Of a DNA stretch of 64,000 nucleotides, positions 29,893 through 39,637 are shown in pieces. The notes below the pieces were generated by a model that saw nothing but the letters and a program-made list of their open reading frames with translations, made no database searches and was not told the origin of the DNA. A program made the translations under genes and the position numbers. Source of the stretch: Bacteroidota bacterium (GTDB lineage: Bacteria > Bacteroidota > Bacteroidia > UKL13-3); assembly GCA_947457395.1 (NCBI GenBank), contig CANGVA010000008.1, forward strand, positions 32,629 to 96,628, written 5' to 3'. The number at the start of each line of letters is the position of its first letter. Within the stretch, counting starts at the first letter, position 1.

Positions 29893-29990
29893 GAGTGTAA
29901 TAGTTGTTCAAATATAGTAAATAAAGTTTTAATAGGGCTGATATCGCTCATATTTACTACCTAGTTTAAGCCATATTTTTACCGACATAT

Positions 29991-30773
29991 ATGTTGATGA
30001 TGAACCTTATTCCAAAGGCATTGTTGTTCATTTTTTCTGAAACTGCCAGTCTCACGCTATTCTTTTTCCGTTTTATCAGAAAGGGCATGATACCTGCTGG
30101 GGAATGGAGGGAGTTTTTTAAGCAATGTTTTATTGTTGGTAACCAATCTTTGCCATTGGTTGGCACCACTGCTTTTATAATCGGTCTGGTACTTACCATG
30201 CAATCACGGCCAACCTTGCAGTTGTTTGGTGCCGAATCCTGGTTGCCCGCCATGGTGGGCATATCTATTGTAAGAGAAATCGGACCTGTATTAACTGCAT
30301 TAATATGTGCAGGTAAAGTTGGTTCAAGTATAGGTGCTGAGTTAGGATCCATGAAGGTAACAGAACAGATTGATGCCATGGAGGTATCTGCTGTGAATCC
30401 CATGCGATACTTGGTTTCCACACGTATCTGGGCCTGCACACTTATGCTGCCATTGCTGGTTATATTGGGAGATGCGATTGCGCTTACCGGATCTTGGATT
30501 GCGGTGAACATTAATGGAACAGTTACATTTGCTTTATTCTTTAAAAAGGTGTTTGCCAACGTGGCCTTCGGAGACTTGATTCCTTCCATACTTAAATCAT
30601 TTTTCTTTGGATTTAGTATTGGTTTAATTGGTTGCTATAAAGGCTATATGGCCGAGAAGGGCACAGAAGGAGTGGGGCAGGCTGCAAATAGTGCCGTTGT
30701 AATGTCTTCCTTGTTGGTTTTTATCATTGATTTAATTGCCGTTCAAATTTCACAAATACTAGGCTTTATATAA
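29991..30773 (+). CDS. mlaE: MlaE family ABC transporter permease
   Basis: 'REIGPVL', 'GAELGSMKVTEQIDAMEV', 'GTEGVGQA'. Confidence 0.9.
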   Translation: MLMMNLIPKALLFIFSETASLTLFFFRFIRKGMIPAGEWREFFKQCFIVGNQSLPLVGTTAFIIGLVLTMQSRPTLQLFGAESWLPAMVGISIVREIGPVLTALICAGKVGSSIGAELGSMKVTEQIDAMEVSAVNPMRYLVSTRIWACTLMLPLLVILGDAIALTGSWIAVNINGTVTFALFFKKVFANVAFGDLIPSILKSFFFGFSIGLIGCYKGYMAEKGTEGVGQAANSAVVMSSLLVFIIDLIAVQISQILGFI

Positions 30774-30786
30774 ATAGCAGCTACCT

Positions 30787-31524
30787 ATGCATGCAGCAGA
30801 TATACTAGTTAACATGAGCAACGTTTATAAGGCCTTTGGCAGCAATCAGGTGTTAAAAGGTTTATCGCTTGAGTTATACCGAGGTGAAAACTTGGTGGTA
30901 TTGGGTAAGTCGGGCAGCGGTAAATCTGTTTTAATAAAGTGTTTGGTGCGCCTTATTAACCATGATAGCGGGAATATAGCGGTTTTAAATAATGATGTTG
31001 AAAGCTTATCTGAACGAGCGTTAGATGTATTGCGCACCAGAATTGGCTTTCTTTTTCAAGGAAGTGCGTTATATGATTCTATGACGGTTGAAGAAAATAT
31101 GGGCTTTGCGATGAATAGACTCCGGAAGCAGGTAACCGGTGTAGCATTAACTAAACTTATTGATGAGGCATTAGAGAATGTTGGATTGAAACAAACAGGT
31201 AAACTCATGCCATCCGAACTTTCCGGTGGGATGAAAAAGCGTGTTGCGCTTGCGCGTACTATTATCATGAAACCTGAAATTATGTTATATGATGAGCCTA
31301 CAACCGGGCTAGATCCAATAACATCAAGAGAAATAAGCAAGCTCATTGTAGATTTGCAGAGCCAATATCACATGTCGTCCATTATCATTACGCATGATAT
31401 ACCCTGCGCAAAGATTACTGCTAACCGCTTAATGGCGCTTGTAAACGGGGTTAATTATGCAACGGGTAGTTATGATGAGTTAAGAACACATCAGGATATA
31501 TTAGTAAAATCTTTTTTTGAATAA
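30787..31524 (+). CDS. mlaF: MlaF family ABC transporter ATP-binding protein
   Basis: GKSGSGKS, LSGGMKKR, DEPTTGLDP. Confidence 0.88.
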   Translation: MHAADILVNMSNVYKAFGSNQVLKGLSLELYRGENLVVLGKSGSGKSVLIKCLVRLINHDSGNIAVLNNDVESLSERALDVLRTRIGFLFQGSALYDSMTVEENMGFAMNRLRKQVTGVALTKLIDEALENVGLKQTGKLMPSELSGGMKKRVALARTIIMKPEIMLYDEPTTGLDPITSREISKLIVDLQSQYHMSSIIITHDIPCAKITANRLMALVNGVNYATGSYDELRTHQDILVKSFFE

Positions 31525-31526
31525 TT

Positions 31527-32498
31527 ATGGCAGCACAAAAAGTTAGACATCTATTTTTGGGATTCTTTATTATTACCGCAGTGGTGCTGATGAGTATTGC
31601 CTTATACATCATTGGCAGTAACCAGAATATTTTTGGTAGTAATTTTAAGGTTGTTGTTTTATTTAATAATGTAAGCGGTTTGCGCTCGGGCAGTAATGTG
31701 CGCTTTGCAGGAACTGATGTGGGTACCGTAAAGTCTGTTGATATCACTAGCGACTCAACAGTTAGTGTACTGCTGTTCATTAAGGATAAATACAGCAGGT
31801 TCATACGCAAAGATGCCATTGCAAGTATAGGCACAGATGGGCTCATGGGCAATAAGCTAGTTAATCTCATCAATGCAGGGCAAACAGCAGGTGTGCTCAT
31901 ATCAGGTGATACCCTGTTATCGTTAAGGCCGGTTGAAACCGATGAAATGCTGCGCACGCTTAACCAAACCAATGAGTATGTATCTATGATAGCGCTAAAC
32001 CTAAAAAATATTACGGATGAAATTGGCAACAGCAGGGGCACCCTTTGGAAACTACTTACCGATAAAGGTTTATCAGATCAATTGGATGTGGTGATGCGCA
32101 ACGTGCATCAGGCAAGCAATGAGGCATTGTATTTGGCAAATAACTTGAATGGCATGGCAGCGAAAGTAAAATCAGGCCAGGGTATGCTAGGGGCTATGGT
32201 AAATGATACTTCGTTTTATGCCAACCTGCAGCAAACCATGTTTGATTTGAGGAGTACCACAGAAAGAGCTACGCATATAGTAAGAGAGTTGGATGGTATT
32301 GTGGGGCAGATTGATGATGGTAAAGGAACATTCTGGACATTGGTAAAAGATACCATCATGCGAGATGATTTAAAATTATCTATTGAACATATAAAGAAAG
32401 GGGCTGATAATTTTAATCAGAATATGGAAGCGCTTAAAGCAAGTACCTTGTTAAAAGGTTATTTTAAAGACAAGGAAAAGCAGCAGAAAAAGAAATAA
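31527..32498 (+). CDS. mlaD: MlaD/MCE family protein
   Basis: N-terminal TM; 'GLRSGSNVRFAG..VGTV', 'TDGLMG'; helical tail. Confidence 0.88.
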   Translation: MAAQKVRHLFLGFFIITAVVLMSIALYIIGSNQNIFGSNFKVVVLFNNVSGLRSGSNVRFAGTDVGTVKSVDITSDSTVSVLLFIKDKYSRFIRKDAIASIGTDGLMGNKLVNLINAGQTAGVLISGDTLLSLRPVETDEMLRTLNQTNEYVSMIALNLKNITDEIGNSRGTLWKLLTDKGLSDQLDVVMRNVHQASNEALYLANNLNGMAAKVKSGQGMLGAMVNDTSFYANLQQTMFDLRSTTERATHIVRELDGIVGQIDDGKGTFWTLVKDTIMRDDLKLSIEHIKKGADNFNQNMEALKASTLLKGYFKDKEKQQKKK

Positions 32499-32499
32499 C

Positions 32500-32805
32500 T
32501 TAGGCTAATTTGGCAGGTTCATCCAATGGGGCAAACCTATTGGGTTTTGCTTTAAAAGGCTGAATGAGCTCTTCTACCTTATCAATGATATAGCGGGCTT
32601 TTTGCACAATTTCTTCGCCATCTTTAGTGATGCGAATGGGAAGTGTGTTTCTGTCAAATATTTGTACACCCAATTTTTCTTCCATGGTTTTTACCTGTTG
32701 GCTAATGGTACTTTGCTCTGCATGGCAAAGGTCTGCAGCTTTAGAGAAACTGCCTGTTTCTGCCACTGCAATAACGTATTGTAACTGACGAAGGGTAACT
32801 AACAT
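32500..32805 (-). CDS. Short LysR-family (OxyR-like) protein containing only the HTH and linker helix
   Basis: 'TLRQLQYVIAVAETGSFSKAADLCHAEQSTISQQVKTMEEKLGVQIFDR'; 101 aa, ends without an effector domain. Confidence 0.8.
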   Translation of the reverse strand: MLVTLRQLQYVIAVAETGSFSKAADLCHAEQSTISQQVKTMEEKLGVQIFDRNTLPIRITKDGEEIVQKARYIIDKVEELIQPFKAKPNRFAPLDEPAKLA

Positions 32806-33038
32806 GTGGGGTACTTGTTTAATGCAATTTAAACAAAAACAGTAATAAATGGTTTTTTCGAAGTGTAAAATTATATAAACGGCCAAAATACCTAAGACAC
32901 AGAAATTGGAATCAGGATATTTGTTGTCAAAACTTACATTGAATTTTGCTTACTACATCCTTTTACTGCCTTCCATCTTTGTTGCTTAAAGTAATTTATG
33001 CTGCCTCCTAATGCAGCCTCAGCCATCTCATTAAAAAC

Positions 33039-33455
33039 TTATCATAGATTTCGTAGTATGGCTGTTCAATACCTGTTTGGTAATAGATCATTTCTTTGAT
33101 TTTTTTACCTAAGCTTTTTTTTTGCCGGAAAACGATTGTATACCGCTGTAGCTTACTGGTTGGTAAAGTCTGTTAAATTTTGGGTAGATAAAATATCAAG
33201 GTATATACAGGCAAGCCGGATGCTATTGTTATATGGGTATAAAACATGCTTAATTAACCCTGTTTTACCTAAGCGCCTGATGGCAAATAGGGCCGCATGG
33301 GTTCCATTTGGATGTGTGCTGTTAGCTGCCGTGTTTCTTGTTTTCGGTCGCAAAAGTACTCCGGACCGGCATATCCTATGGATAGAAACGGATTGGTTAA
33401 TTTTTCCATACGGCAAATTCATATAACAAAATGTATGATACGAAATGTATGATAA
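33039..33455. repeat. 17-bp inverted repeat pair (16/17 match) flanking a 383-bp segment
   Basis: TTATCATAGATTTCGTA (33039-33055) versus TACGAAATGTATGATAA (33439-33455). Confidence 0.65.
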
Positions 33456-33589
33456 TGTTTCTTTCAGTAAAACATTAAAATATTACCAACAGATAAGTGG
33501 ATGGCCTTCGCTTTGATAATCTGTTTATAAAACCAAGGTATACTCTTATCAAAGATCGTTTACATACAAATTGAAACGAAGCGTAGTTC

Positions 33590-33679
33590 ATGAATTCCGC
33601 TAAAAAAACAGTCATAAAATTCATAAAGCAAATCACAATAAGGATTATTCTCCCGAGTACTCGGGATGAAAACATTTAA
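33590..33679 (+). CDS. Candidate 29-aa small protein
   Basis: MNSAKKTVIKFIKQITIRIILPSTRDENI; stop lies immediately before a plus-strand terminator. Confidence 0.3.
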   Translation: MNSAKKTVIKFIKQITIRIILPSTRDENI

Positions 33680-33711
33680 AATGGTCCCGGTTATGCCGGG
33701 ATCGTTTTTTT
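33678..33711 (+). terminator. Intrinsic terminator with no annotated upstream plus-strand gene
   Basis: AAAATGGTCCCGG-TTATG-CCGGGATCGTTTTTTT; G.U pairs favour the plus strand. Confidence 0.7.
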
Positions 33712-33982
33712 ATGACTTGCCACCTTTTTTATTTGCTACAGCAATTTATAAAATCTGCTAATATGGAACATACCTGATTTTGGGTATTGTTTTTTTACAT
33801 AACCTTGCTATAGTTACAAATGGCTTAACGGGTGAGCGCATGTTTGAGCTCCTGCTTGCAGAGCGAGTAGCGAACACGTGGCCCTGGTGTTACCTGTATT
33901 GCCTTTGCAAAGTGGTACACAAGCAGGTAAAGCCCCAGAAATATTATAAGTTAGAAGCTTGGAGAGGAGAGTGCTTGGATGA

Positions 33983-35374
33983 TTATTGCAGTAGCGTAAT
34001 GAGCGCATTGGGGAAAATGCCCAATATGATGCCGCCTGCCACGCACACACCAGCTACCAACCAAAATGCAGGGGTTGGTTCCGGTATACTTTCGTTTGCC
34101 GGCTTGGTATACATGGCCAGTATGAGTTTAAAATAGTAATATACCCCAATGATGGAGTTGATAATGGCAATAAGGGTGAGTGTTACTTGTCCACTAATGA
34201 TGGCTTCTGAAAAAATATAGTACTTACCTAAAAAGCCTGCAAAGGGTGGTATGCCTGCCAGTGAAAGCATACTGATGGTGAGCATAGCTGCCATTAGCGG
34301 ATGTTTTTTGCCTAGGCCGTTAAATGCATCTACCTGCTCACTGTGCATAGCTGCAAATACAGGAATGGCCAGTGTAAATGCCCCTAATGTGGCAAGGCTG
34401 TATGTAGTACTGTAAAAAAACAACGCAGCTGCATTGCCACCGTTGATACTTAAAAGGGTAAGTAACATATAGCCTGCATGTGAAATACCTGAATAGGCCA
34501 ACAGCCTTTTTACATTTTGCTGGCTAAGTGCAACTACATTACCCAGTATGATGGTGGCAGCTGTTACAATGGCTAGTATATCTTGCGCATAGCTGAATGA
34601 GCCTGTGAAGCAAAGCAAGATGAGACGATAAAAGGCTGCAAATACTGCAACTTTAACCAGTGTTGACATAAGTGTAGTGATAAGTGCCGGTGCTCCTTCA
34701 TACACATCCGGACTCCAGAAGTGAAAAGGTACGGCAGCTACTTTAAACAGCATGGCTATTATCATAAGTAACATACCCAGGTAAAACAAGGGGCTTACAT
34801 TGCCCGACATGGCATATACAGAAATTTGCTGCATGATGAAACTGCCGCTGGTTCCATAAATAAGCGCAATGCCCAGTAATAAAAATCCGGAAGCAAAAGA
34901 ACCCAACAAAAAATATTTGAAACCTGCTTCATTTGAGCGCACATCAAACCTGCGGCTGCCTGCCATGATATAGAGGGAAATGGAAACAATTTCAATTCCC
35001 AGAAATAGCATGGCCATATTACTAAAACTAAATAATGCCAATGCTCCGCATAAAATAAATAGTAAGATGGACAGATAATCGCTCAGGTGATGCTGCTCAT
35101 TTTTATAATAGTCATGAGACAAAATGAAGATAAAGGCAGCCAGTAAGATACTGAGGCCACTAAAAGCAACAGAGAAGTGATCTACCGTGATCATATGACT
35201 CATGTTAATGCCATAAATTACCACATCACCGGTGTGATTCCAGTTGTTCATGTTTACATAAAATATAGCAGTGAGTGCAGCCAGGATGGCCGGTATCATT
35301 ATTTTGCGCAGGTTAAATACTTCTGCTATCATGCAGAATAATCCAAGTGCGGAGGTATAGAGTAAAGTATTCAC
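33983..35374 (-). CDS. nuoN: NADH-quinone oxidoreductase subunit N
   Basis: 'EAGFKYFLLG', 'PFHFWSPDVYEGAP', 'LAGIPPFAGF'; last gene of the operon. Confidence 0.93.
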   Translation of the reverse strand: MNTLLYTSALGLFCMIAEVFNLRKIMIPAILAALTAIFYVNMNNWNHTGDVVIYGINMSHMITVDHFSVAFSGLSILLAAFIFILSHDYYKNEQHHLSDYLSILLFILCGALALFSFSNMAMLFLGIEIVSISLYIMAGSRRFDVRSNEAGFKYFLLGSFASGFLLLGIALIYGTSGSFIMQQISVYAMSGNVSPLFYLGMLLMIIAMLFKVAAVPFHFWSPDVYEGAPALITTLMSTLVKVAVFAAFYRLILLCFTGSFSYAQDILAIVTAATIILGNVVALSQQNVKRLLAYSGISHAGYMLLTLLSINGGNAAALFFYSTTYSLATLGAFTLAIPVFAAMHSEQVDAFNGLGKKHPLMAAMLTISMLSLAGIPPFAGFLGKYYIFSEAIISGQVTLTLIAIINSIIGVYYYFKLILAMYTKPANESIPEPTPAFWLVAGVCVAGGIILGIFPNALITLLQ

Positions 35375-35384
35375 GTTGCTTCTT

Positions 35385-36833
35385 TTATTTAATCGTTGCT
35401 TTATTAAGTATTACTTCCAGTGCAGGTGCAGCCAGATCCAATATTGGTTTTGGATAAATGCCTGTAACAATAATTGTTAGTGCAATGGTGCCGAGTACTA
35501 ATCTTTCATTCCACATTAAATCCTGGAATGCAGAGGTTGTATCGCTTACATTACCCAGCATAACCCGCTGAAACATGCGCAGCATATACACAGCGCCCAA
35601 GATAATGGTGAGGCCGGCAAAAACCGATAGCCACGTATTGTATGCATAAACTCCAAAGAGCAGCAGGAACTCACCAATAAAACCATTGGTTAATGGTAAG
35701 GCTACACTGCCCAAAACCACAATCATAAATAAGGTGTTAAACTGAGGGGCTACATTTCTTATTCCTCCCAGTCCATCTATATTTAAGCTTTGCGTGCGGT
35801 TTAAAATAATATCGGCACAAAAGAACAGACCAACCACATTAATACCGTGTGCCACCATTTGCACAACGCTGCCTTGCAACCCCTGCATATTTAGTGCAAA
35901 AATGCCTGCACTAATTAAACCAACGTGTGCAACAGAAGAGTAGGCCAGTAATTTTTTTAAATCTCGCTGCATGATGGCAATAACAGATGCATACACAATT
36001 CCGATTACACATAGTGTAATGGCTAATGGCCCCCACTCGGCAACGCCTGCTGGTAAAATGGGCAATAGCCAGCGGATAAGTGAGTAGGTTCCCATTTTAA
36101 GCATAATGCCGGAAAGCAGCATGGTGCCTTGTGTTGGTGCTTCTTTATAGGTATCTGCCTGCCAGGTGTGAAAAGGTATGATAGGTATCTTGATAGCATA
36201 TGCCAGGAAAAATAACCAAAACAACCAGCCCTGTTTGCAGCTGCAAATAACATTGCTGTAAAGCTCACGAATATCAAAACTATGATTAGGGTTATACCAA
36301 TAGAGCATGATAAAACCAAAGAGCATAAGCAAGCTACCTGCCAGGGTGAATATAAAAAATTTAAGTGTAACCGGTACACGGTTGGGTCCGCCCCAGCGAA
36401 GTGCAATGAAATAGATGGGTATAAGTGCAAGCTCCCAGAAAATATAATAAAGCATGCCATCCATGGCAATGAATACACCAATAAGGGCAAACTGCATGAG
36501 GCTAATGAGTGCAAAATAGCTTCTGCTATTTTCTATGTTGCGGTTAAATGTTGACAGGATAATAAGTGGTACAAGAAAATTGGTTAGAGCCACCATAATA
36601 AGCCCAAGGCCATCCATACCCAGATGAAAACTTATTTTGGGATTGGTTATCCATTCCTGAAAAAAAGTAAGCATTTCGGAACCGCCTTGCTTAAATGTTT
36701 GATAGGTGAGCCATGTTAGAACAAGCTCAACTATTGATAAACCAAGGGCCAAACGTGATGCCCATTTGTTGCCCGATAAAAATATAAGCAACGATGCAAG
36801 GAGTGGCAGAAAAAGTAATTGTAGTAACATCAT
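35385..36833 (-). CDS. nuoM: NADH-quinone oxidoreductase subunit M
   Basis: 'FWE', 'KIPIIPFHTW', 'LKMGTY', 'AYSSVAH', 'GFIGEF'. Confidence 0.94.
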   Translation of the reverse strand: MMLLQLLFLPLLASLLIFLSGNKWASRLALGLSIVELVLTWLTYQTFKQGGSEMLTFFQEWITNPKISFHLGMDGLGLIMVALTNFLVPLIILSTFNRNIENSRSYFALISLMQFALIGVFIAMDGMLYYIFWELALIPIYFIALRWGGPNRVPVTLKFFIFTLAGSLLMLFGFIMLYWYNPNHSFDIRELYSNVICSCKQGWLFWLFFLAYAIKIPIIPFHTWQADTYKEAPTQGTMLLSGIMLKMGTYSLIRWLLPILPAGVAEWGPLAITLCVIGIVYASVIAIMQRDLKKLLAYSSVAHVGLISAGIFALNMQGLQGSVVQMVAHGINVVGLFFCADIILNRTQSLNIDGLGGIRNVAPQFNTLFMIVVLGSVALPLTNGFIGEFLLLFGVYAYNTWLSVFAGLTIILGAVYMLRMFQRVMLGNVSDTTSAFQDLMWNERLVLGTIALTIIVTGIYPKPILDLAAPALEVILNKATIK

Positions 36834-38764
36834 CAGATAAACAACCTTATTACGAGTAAAATAATCATTCCTGAAACCATGGCAAAAATATAGAAGCCGG
36901 TATTGCCTGTTTGTATTAATCGAATTGTTCTGCCTGTTAGCCCAACAAACCAGGCTGTGGCATTAACCAGCAAGTCAATGATGAGTTTATCAACCAGCAC
37001 CAGAAACAACTCAGATAAAACCTGTATGGGTTTAACAAACAATTTATCATACAGCTCATCTACATAAAATTTATTTACAATAGCTTTTTGCAATACCGGA
37101 AGTGCTTGCTCATCGCTGACAGGCAAGTTTCCTTTCGATACATATTGGTTGCGTGCATACAAGATGGCTGCAATGGCTGCTATGATAGCTGTTGCTATTA
37201 ATGCATATTCAGTTGCATGGCTGAGGTGATGTGCATGCGGAAGAAATTCTTTTGATGCATCTGTAACGTGTGAAAGGTACGCGGCAAAACGGTGAGTGAA
37301 ACCAAGTACTGCAGGAAGTCCCATGAAACCTCCAACAATAGAAAGAATGGCCAATATAACTAATGGAGTGGTCATGATTGCCGGACTCTCATGTATATGT
37401 TTTTTAGTTTCTTCGGTGCCTCTGAAGTTTCCGTTAAAAGTTAAGTATACCAACCGGAACATATAGAAAGCAGTCATCATAGCACTAATGGAGAGGATAC
37501 CCCAAACCAGCGGATTTTGCTCAAATGCTTTAGCAAGAATTTCGTCTTTAGAAAAGAATCCGGCAAAAGGAGGGATGCCTGAGATGGCCAATGAACCGAT
37601 AAGGAATGTGAAATAGGTTATTTTAATGTATTTGCCTAATCCGCCCATTTTACGAATATCCTGCTCGCCATGCAAGGCATGTATAACACTACCTGAGCCA
37701 AGGAAAAGCAAAGCTTTAAAGAAAGCATGTGTTACCACATGAAACATACCACTACTGAAAGCACCCAGGCCAAGTGCTGCAAACATTAAACCTAATTGAG
37801 AAACGGTAGAGTATGCCAATACTTTTTTGATATCATTTTGCATTAAACCAATTACTGCCGCAAAAACGGAGGTAGCCACACCGGTAATAAGCACCACATC
37901 AAGGGTGTGTGGGGCAAGTGCAAACAATACATTGGAGCGCACCACCATATAAATACCCGCAGTAACCATTGTAGCGGCATGAATGAGCGCAGAAACAGGA
38001 GTGGGGCCCGCCATGGCATCAGGTAACCAGGTGTACAAAGGAATTTGAGCTGATTTACCCATTGCACCAACAAACAATAATAGGGTAATGGTAACGATGA
38101 GTATATGATTGCTATCCAAACCTGCAGCTGCATTTGCTACACCATCAAAATCAAGTGTACCGAAATGAAACAGCATAAAAAACATGCCCAGCAGAAATCC
38201 CAAATCGCCAATGCGATTCATAACAAATGCTTTTTTGGCTGCATCGTTATACGCATCATTCTTAAACCAAAAACCAATGAGCAGATAGGAGCAGAGACCA
38301 ACACCTTCCCATCCGATAAACATCATCAGGTAGTTGTTGCCCATGATGAGTATGAGCATGAAAAATATAAACAGATTGAGATAGGTGAAAAAGCGGGTAA
38401 ACCCTTCATCATCGTGCATATAGCCGATGGAGTATAAGTGAATAAGGAAGCCAATCCCGCTAACTACCAGCAACATGGTGGTAGTTAGCGAATCTACTTG
38501 CAGGCCAAATGCGATAGAAGTATTCCCAAATGTAATCCAATTAAATAAATCAATATTGATTGAATTTGTTGCATCAAGCGCATTAAAAATAGAAACTGAA
38601 CATATGAATGAACCCAGTACTGCTAAGGAAGCTATCCATCCTGTGATACTTTTAGGCAGCCTTTTACCTGCCAGGCCATTAATTATAAATCCGATTAAAG
38701 GCAGCAATGGTACCAATAATGCGGGAGTTATTAGAGCGGTATCTTGTAAAATATTTTCAGTCAT
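36833..38764 (-). CDS. nuoL: NADH-quinone oxidoreductase subunit L
   Basis: 'GWEGVGLCSYLLIGFW', 'GKSAQIPLYTWLPDAMAGPTPVSALIHAATMV'. Confidence 0.96.
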   Translation of the reverse strand: MTENILQDTALITPALLVPLLPLIGFIINGLAGKRLPKSITGWIASLAVLGSFICSVSIFNALDATNSINIDLFNWITFGNTSIAFGLQVDSLTTTMLLVVSGIGFLIHLYSIGYMHDDEGFTRFFTYLNLFIFFMLILIMGNNYLMMFIGWEGVGLCSYLLIGFWFKNDAYNDAAKKAFVMNRIGDLGFLLGMFFMLFHFGTLDFDGVANAAAGLDSNHILIVTITLLLFVGAMGKSAQIPLYTWLPDAMAGPTPVSALIHAATMVTAGIYMVVRSNVLFALAPHTLDVVLITGVATSVFAAVIGLMQNDIKKVLAYSTVSQLGLMFAALGLGAFSSGMFHVVTHAFFKALLFLGSGSVIHALHGEQDIRKMGGLGKYIKITYFTFLIGSLAISGIPPFAGFFSKDEILAKAFEQNPLVWGILSISAMMTAFYMFRLVYLTFNGNFRGTEETKKHIHESPAIMTTPLVILAILSIVGGFMGLPAVLGFTHRFAAYLSHVTDASKEFLPHAHHLSHATEYALIATAIIAAIAAILYARNQYVSKGNLPVSDEQALPVLQKAIVNKFYVDELYDKLFVKPIQVLSELFLVLVDKLIIDLLVNATAWFVGLTGRTIRLIQTGNTGFYIFAMVSGMIILLVIRLFI

Positions 38765-38776
38765 TACCAATATGAA

Positions 38777-39097
38777 TTACCATTTCAACTTATTCAAAAC
38801 ATTAATATCCGTGCTGGCCACATTGCGATAGATGCTCATAAGCAACGCAAGTCCAACGGCCACTTCTGCTGCGGCCACCACCATTATAAAAAACACAAAT
38901 ACCTGCCCGTCACTATTTCCTTTATATGCAGAGAAGGATACCAGTAGCAGATTTACCGAGTTTAGCATGAGTTCAATGCACATGAGGATAATAATGGCAT
39001 TTCTGCGCATGAGTACGCCCATCACGCCAATGCAAAACAAGAAGGCGCTTAACAGCAGATACCAGTTTTGAGGAATAGTTTGTATGGTGTTTTCCAT
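38777..39097 (-). CDS. nuoK: NADH-quinone oxidoreductase subunit K
   Basis: 'RRN', 'IELMLN', '[10 protein letters not shown]'. Confidence 0.95.
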   Translation of the reverse strand: MENTIQTIPQNWYLLLSAFLFCIGVMGVLMRRNAIIILMCIELMLNSVNLLLVSFSAYKGNSDGQVFVFFIMVVAAAEVAVGLALLMSIYRNVASTDINVLNKLKW

Positions 39098-39115
39098 TGT
39101 TTGTTTTTCGTGGTT

Positions 39116-39613
39116 TTATCTTTTTTCTTTTTTAGCCAGCAATACTGAGCCAATCATGGCAGAGAGGAAAAGGATGGATGATACCTCAAATGGCAACAGA
39201 TAATCTGTGAATAATTTTTGTCCGATAATTTCTACCAGTCCGATATTGGATTTAACCGGCAGGTGGTATGCACCGGGTATGCCTGCCTTAAGAGAAGCAA
39301 TAATGGTTAAGAATAATATGCCACCGGCTATTACCGCAGCAAATTTTATTTTACTGGTCTTATGTGGTTCAGTTTCTGCATTCAGGTTTAACAACATTAC
39401 CACAAAAAGAAACAATACCATGATGGCACCGGCATACACAATCAGGTGCACAATTGCCAGAAACTGTGCGTTGAGCATAATATAATGCCCTGCAACTGTA
39501 AAAAAGCAAGCTATTAACGACAATACACTATACATCGGGTTTTTGGCAAACAAAACGCCCAATGCACTAATGATTGTTAATGCTGAAAGAATAAAAAATA
39601 TGGTTTGGCTCAT
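39116..39613 (-). CDS. nuoJ: NADH-quinone oxidoreductase subunit J
   Basis: 'VYAGAIMVLFLFVVML', 'PFE'. Confidence 0.94.
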   Translation of the reverse strand: MSQTIFFILSALTIISALGVLFAKNPMYSVLSLIACFFTVAGHYIMLNAQFLAIVHLIVYAGAIMVLFLFVVMLLNLNAETEPHKTSKIKFAAVIAGGILFLTIIASLKAGIPGAYHLPVKSNIGLVEIIGQKLFTDYLLPFEVSSILFLSAMIGSVLLAKKEKR

Positions 39614-39637
39614 GCTTATTCAGTGTTTTATCTGTGT

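Noticed and set aside
29966-30589. 207-aa antisense ORF over mlaE, and similar shadow ORFs over secA, nuo and mlaD
   Set aside because: They lie antisense or out of frame to well-supported genes and have no family motifs.
33136-33426. Overlapping 96-aa (+) and 89-aa (-) ORFs between the inverted repeats, read as a transposase or MITE cargo
   Set aside because: No recognisable motifs and no evident target-site duplication; probably spurious ORFs.
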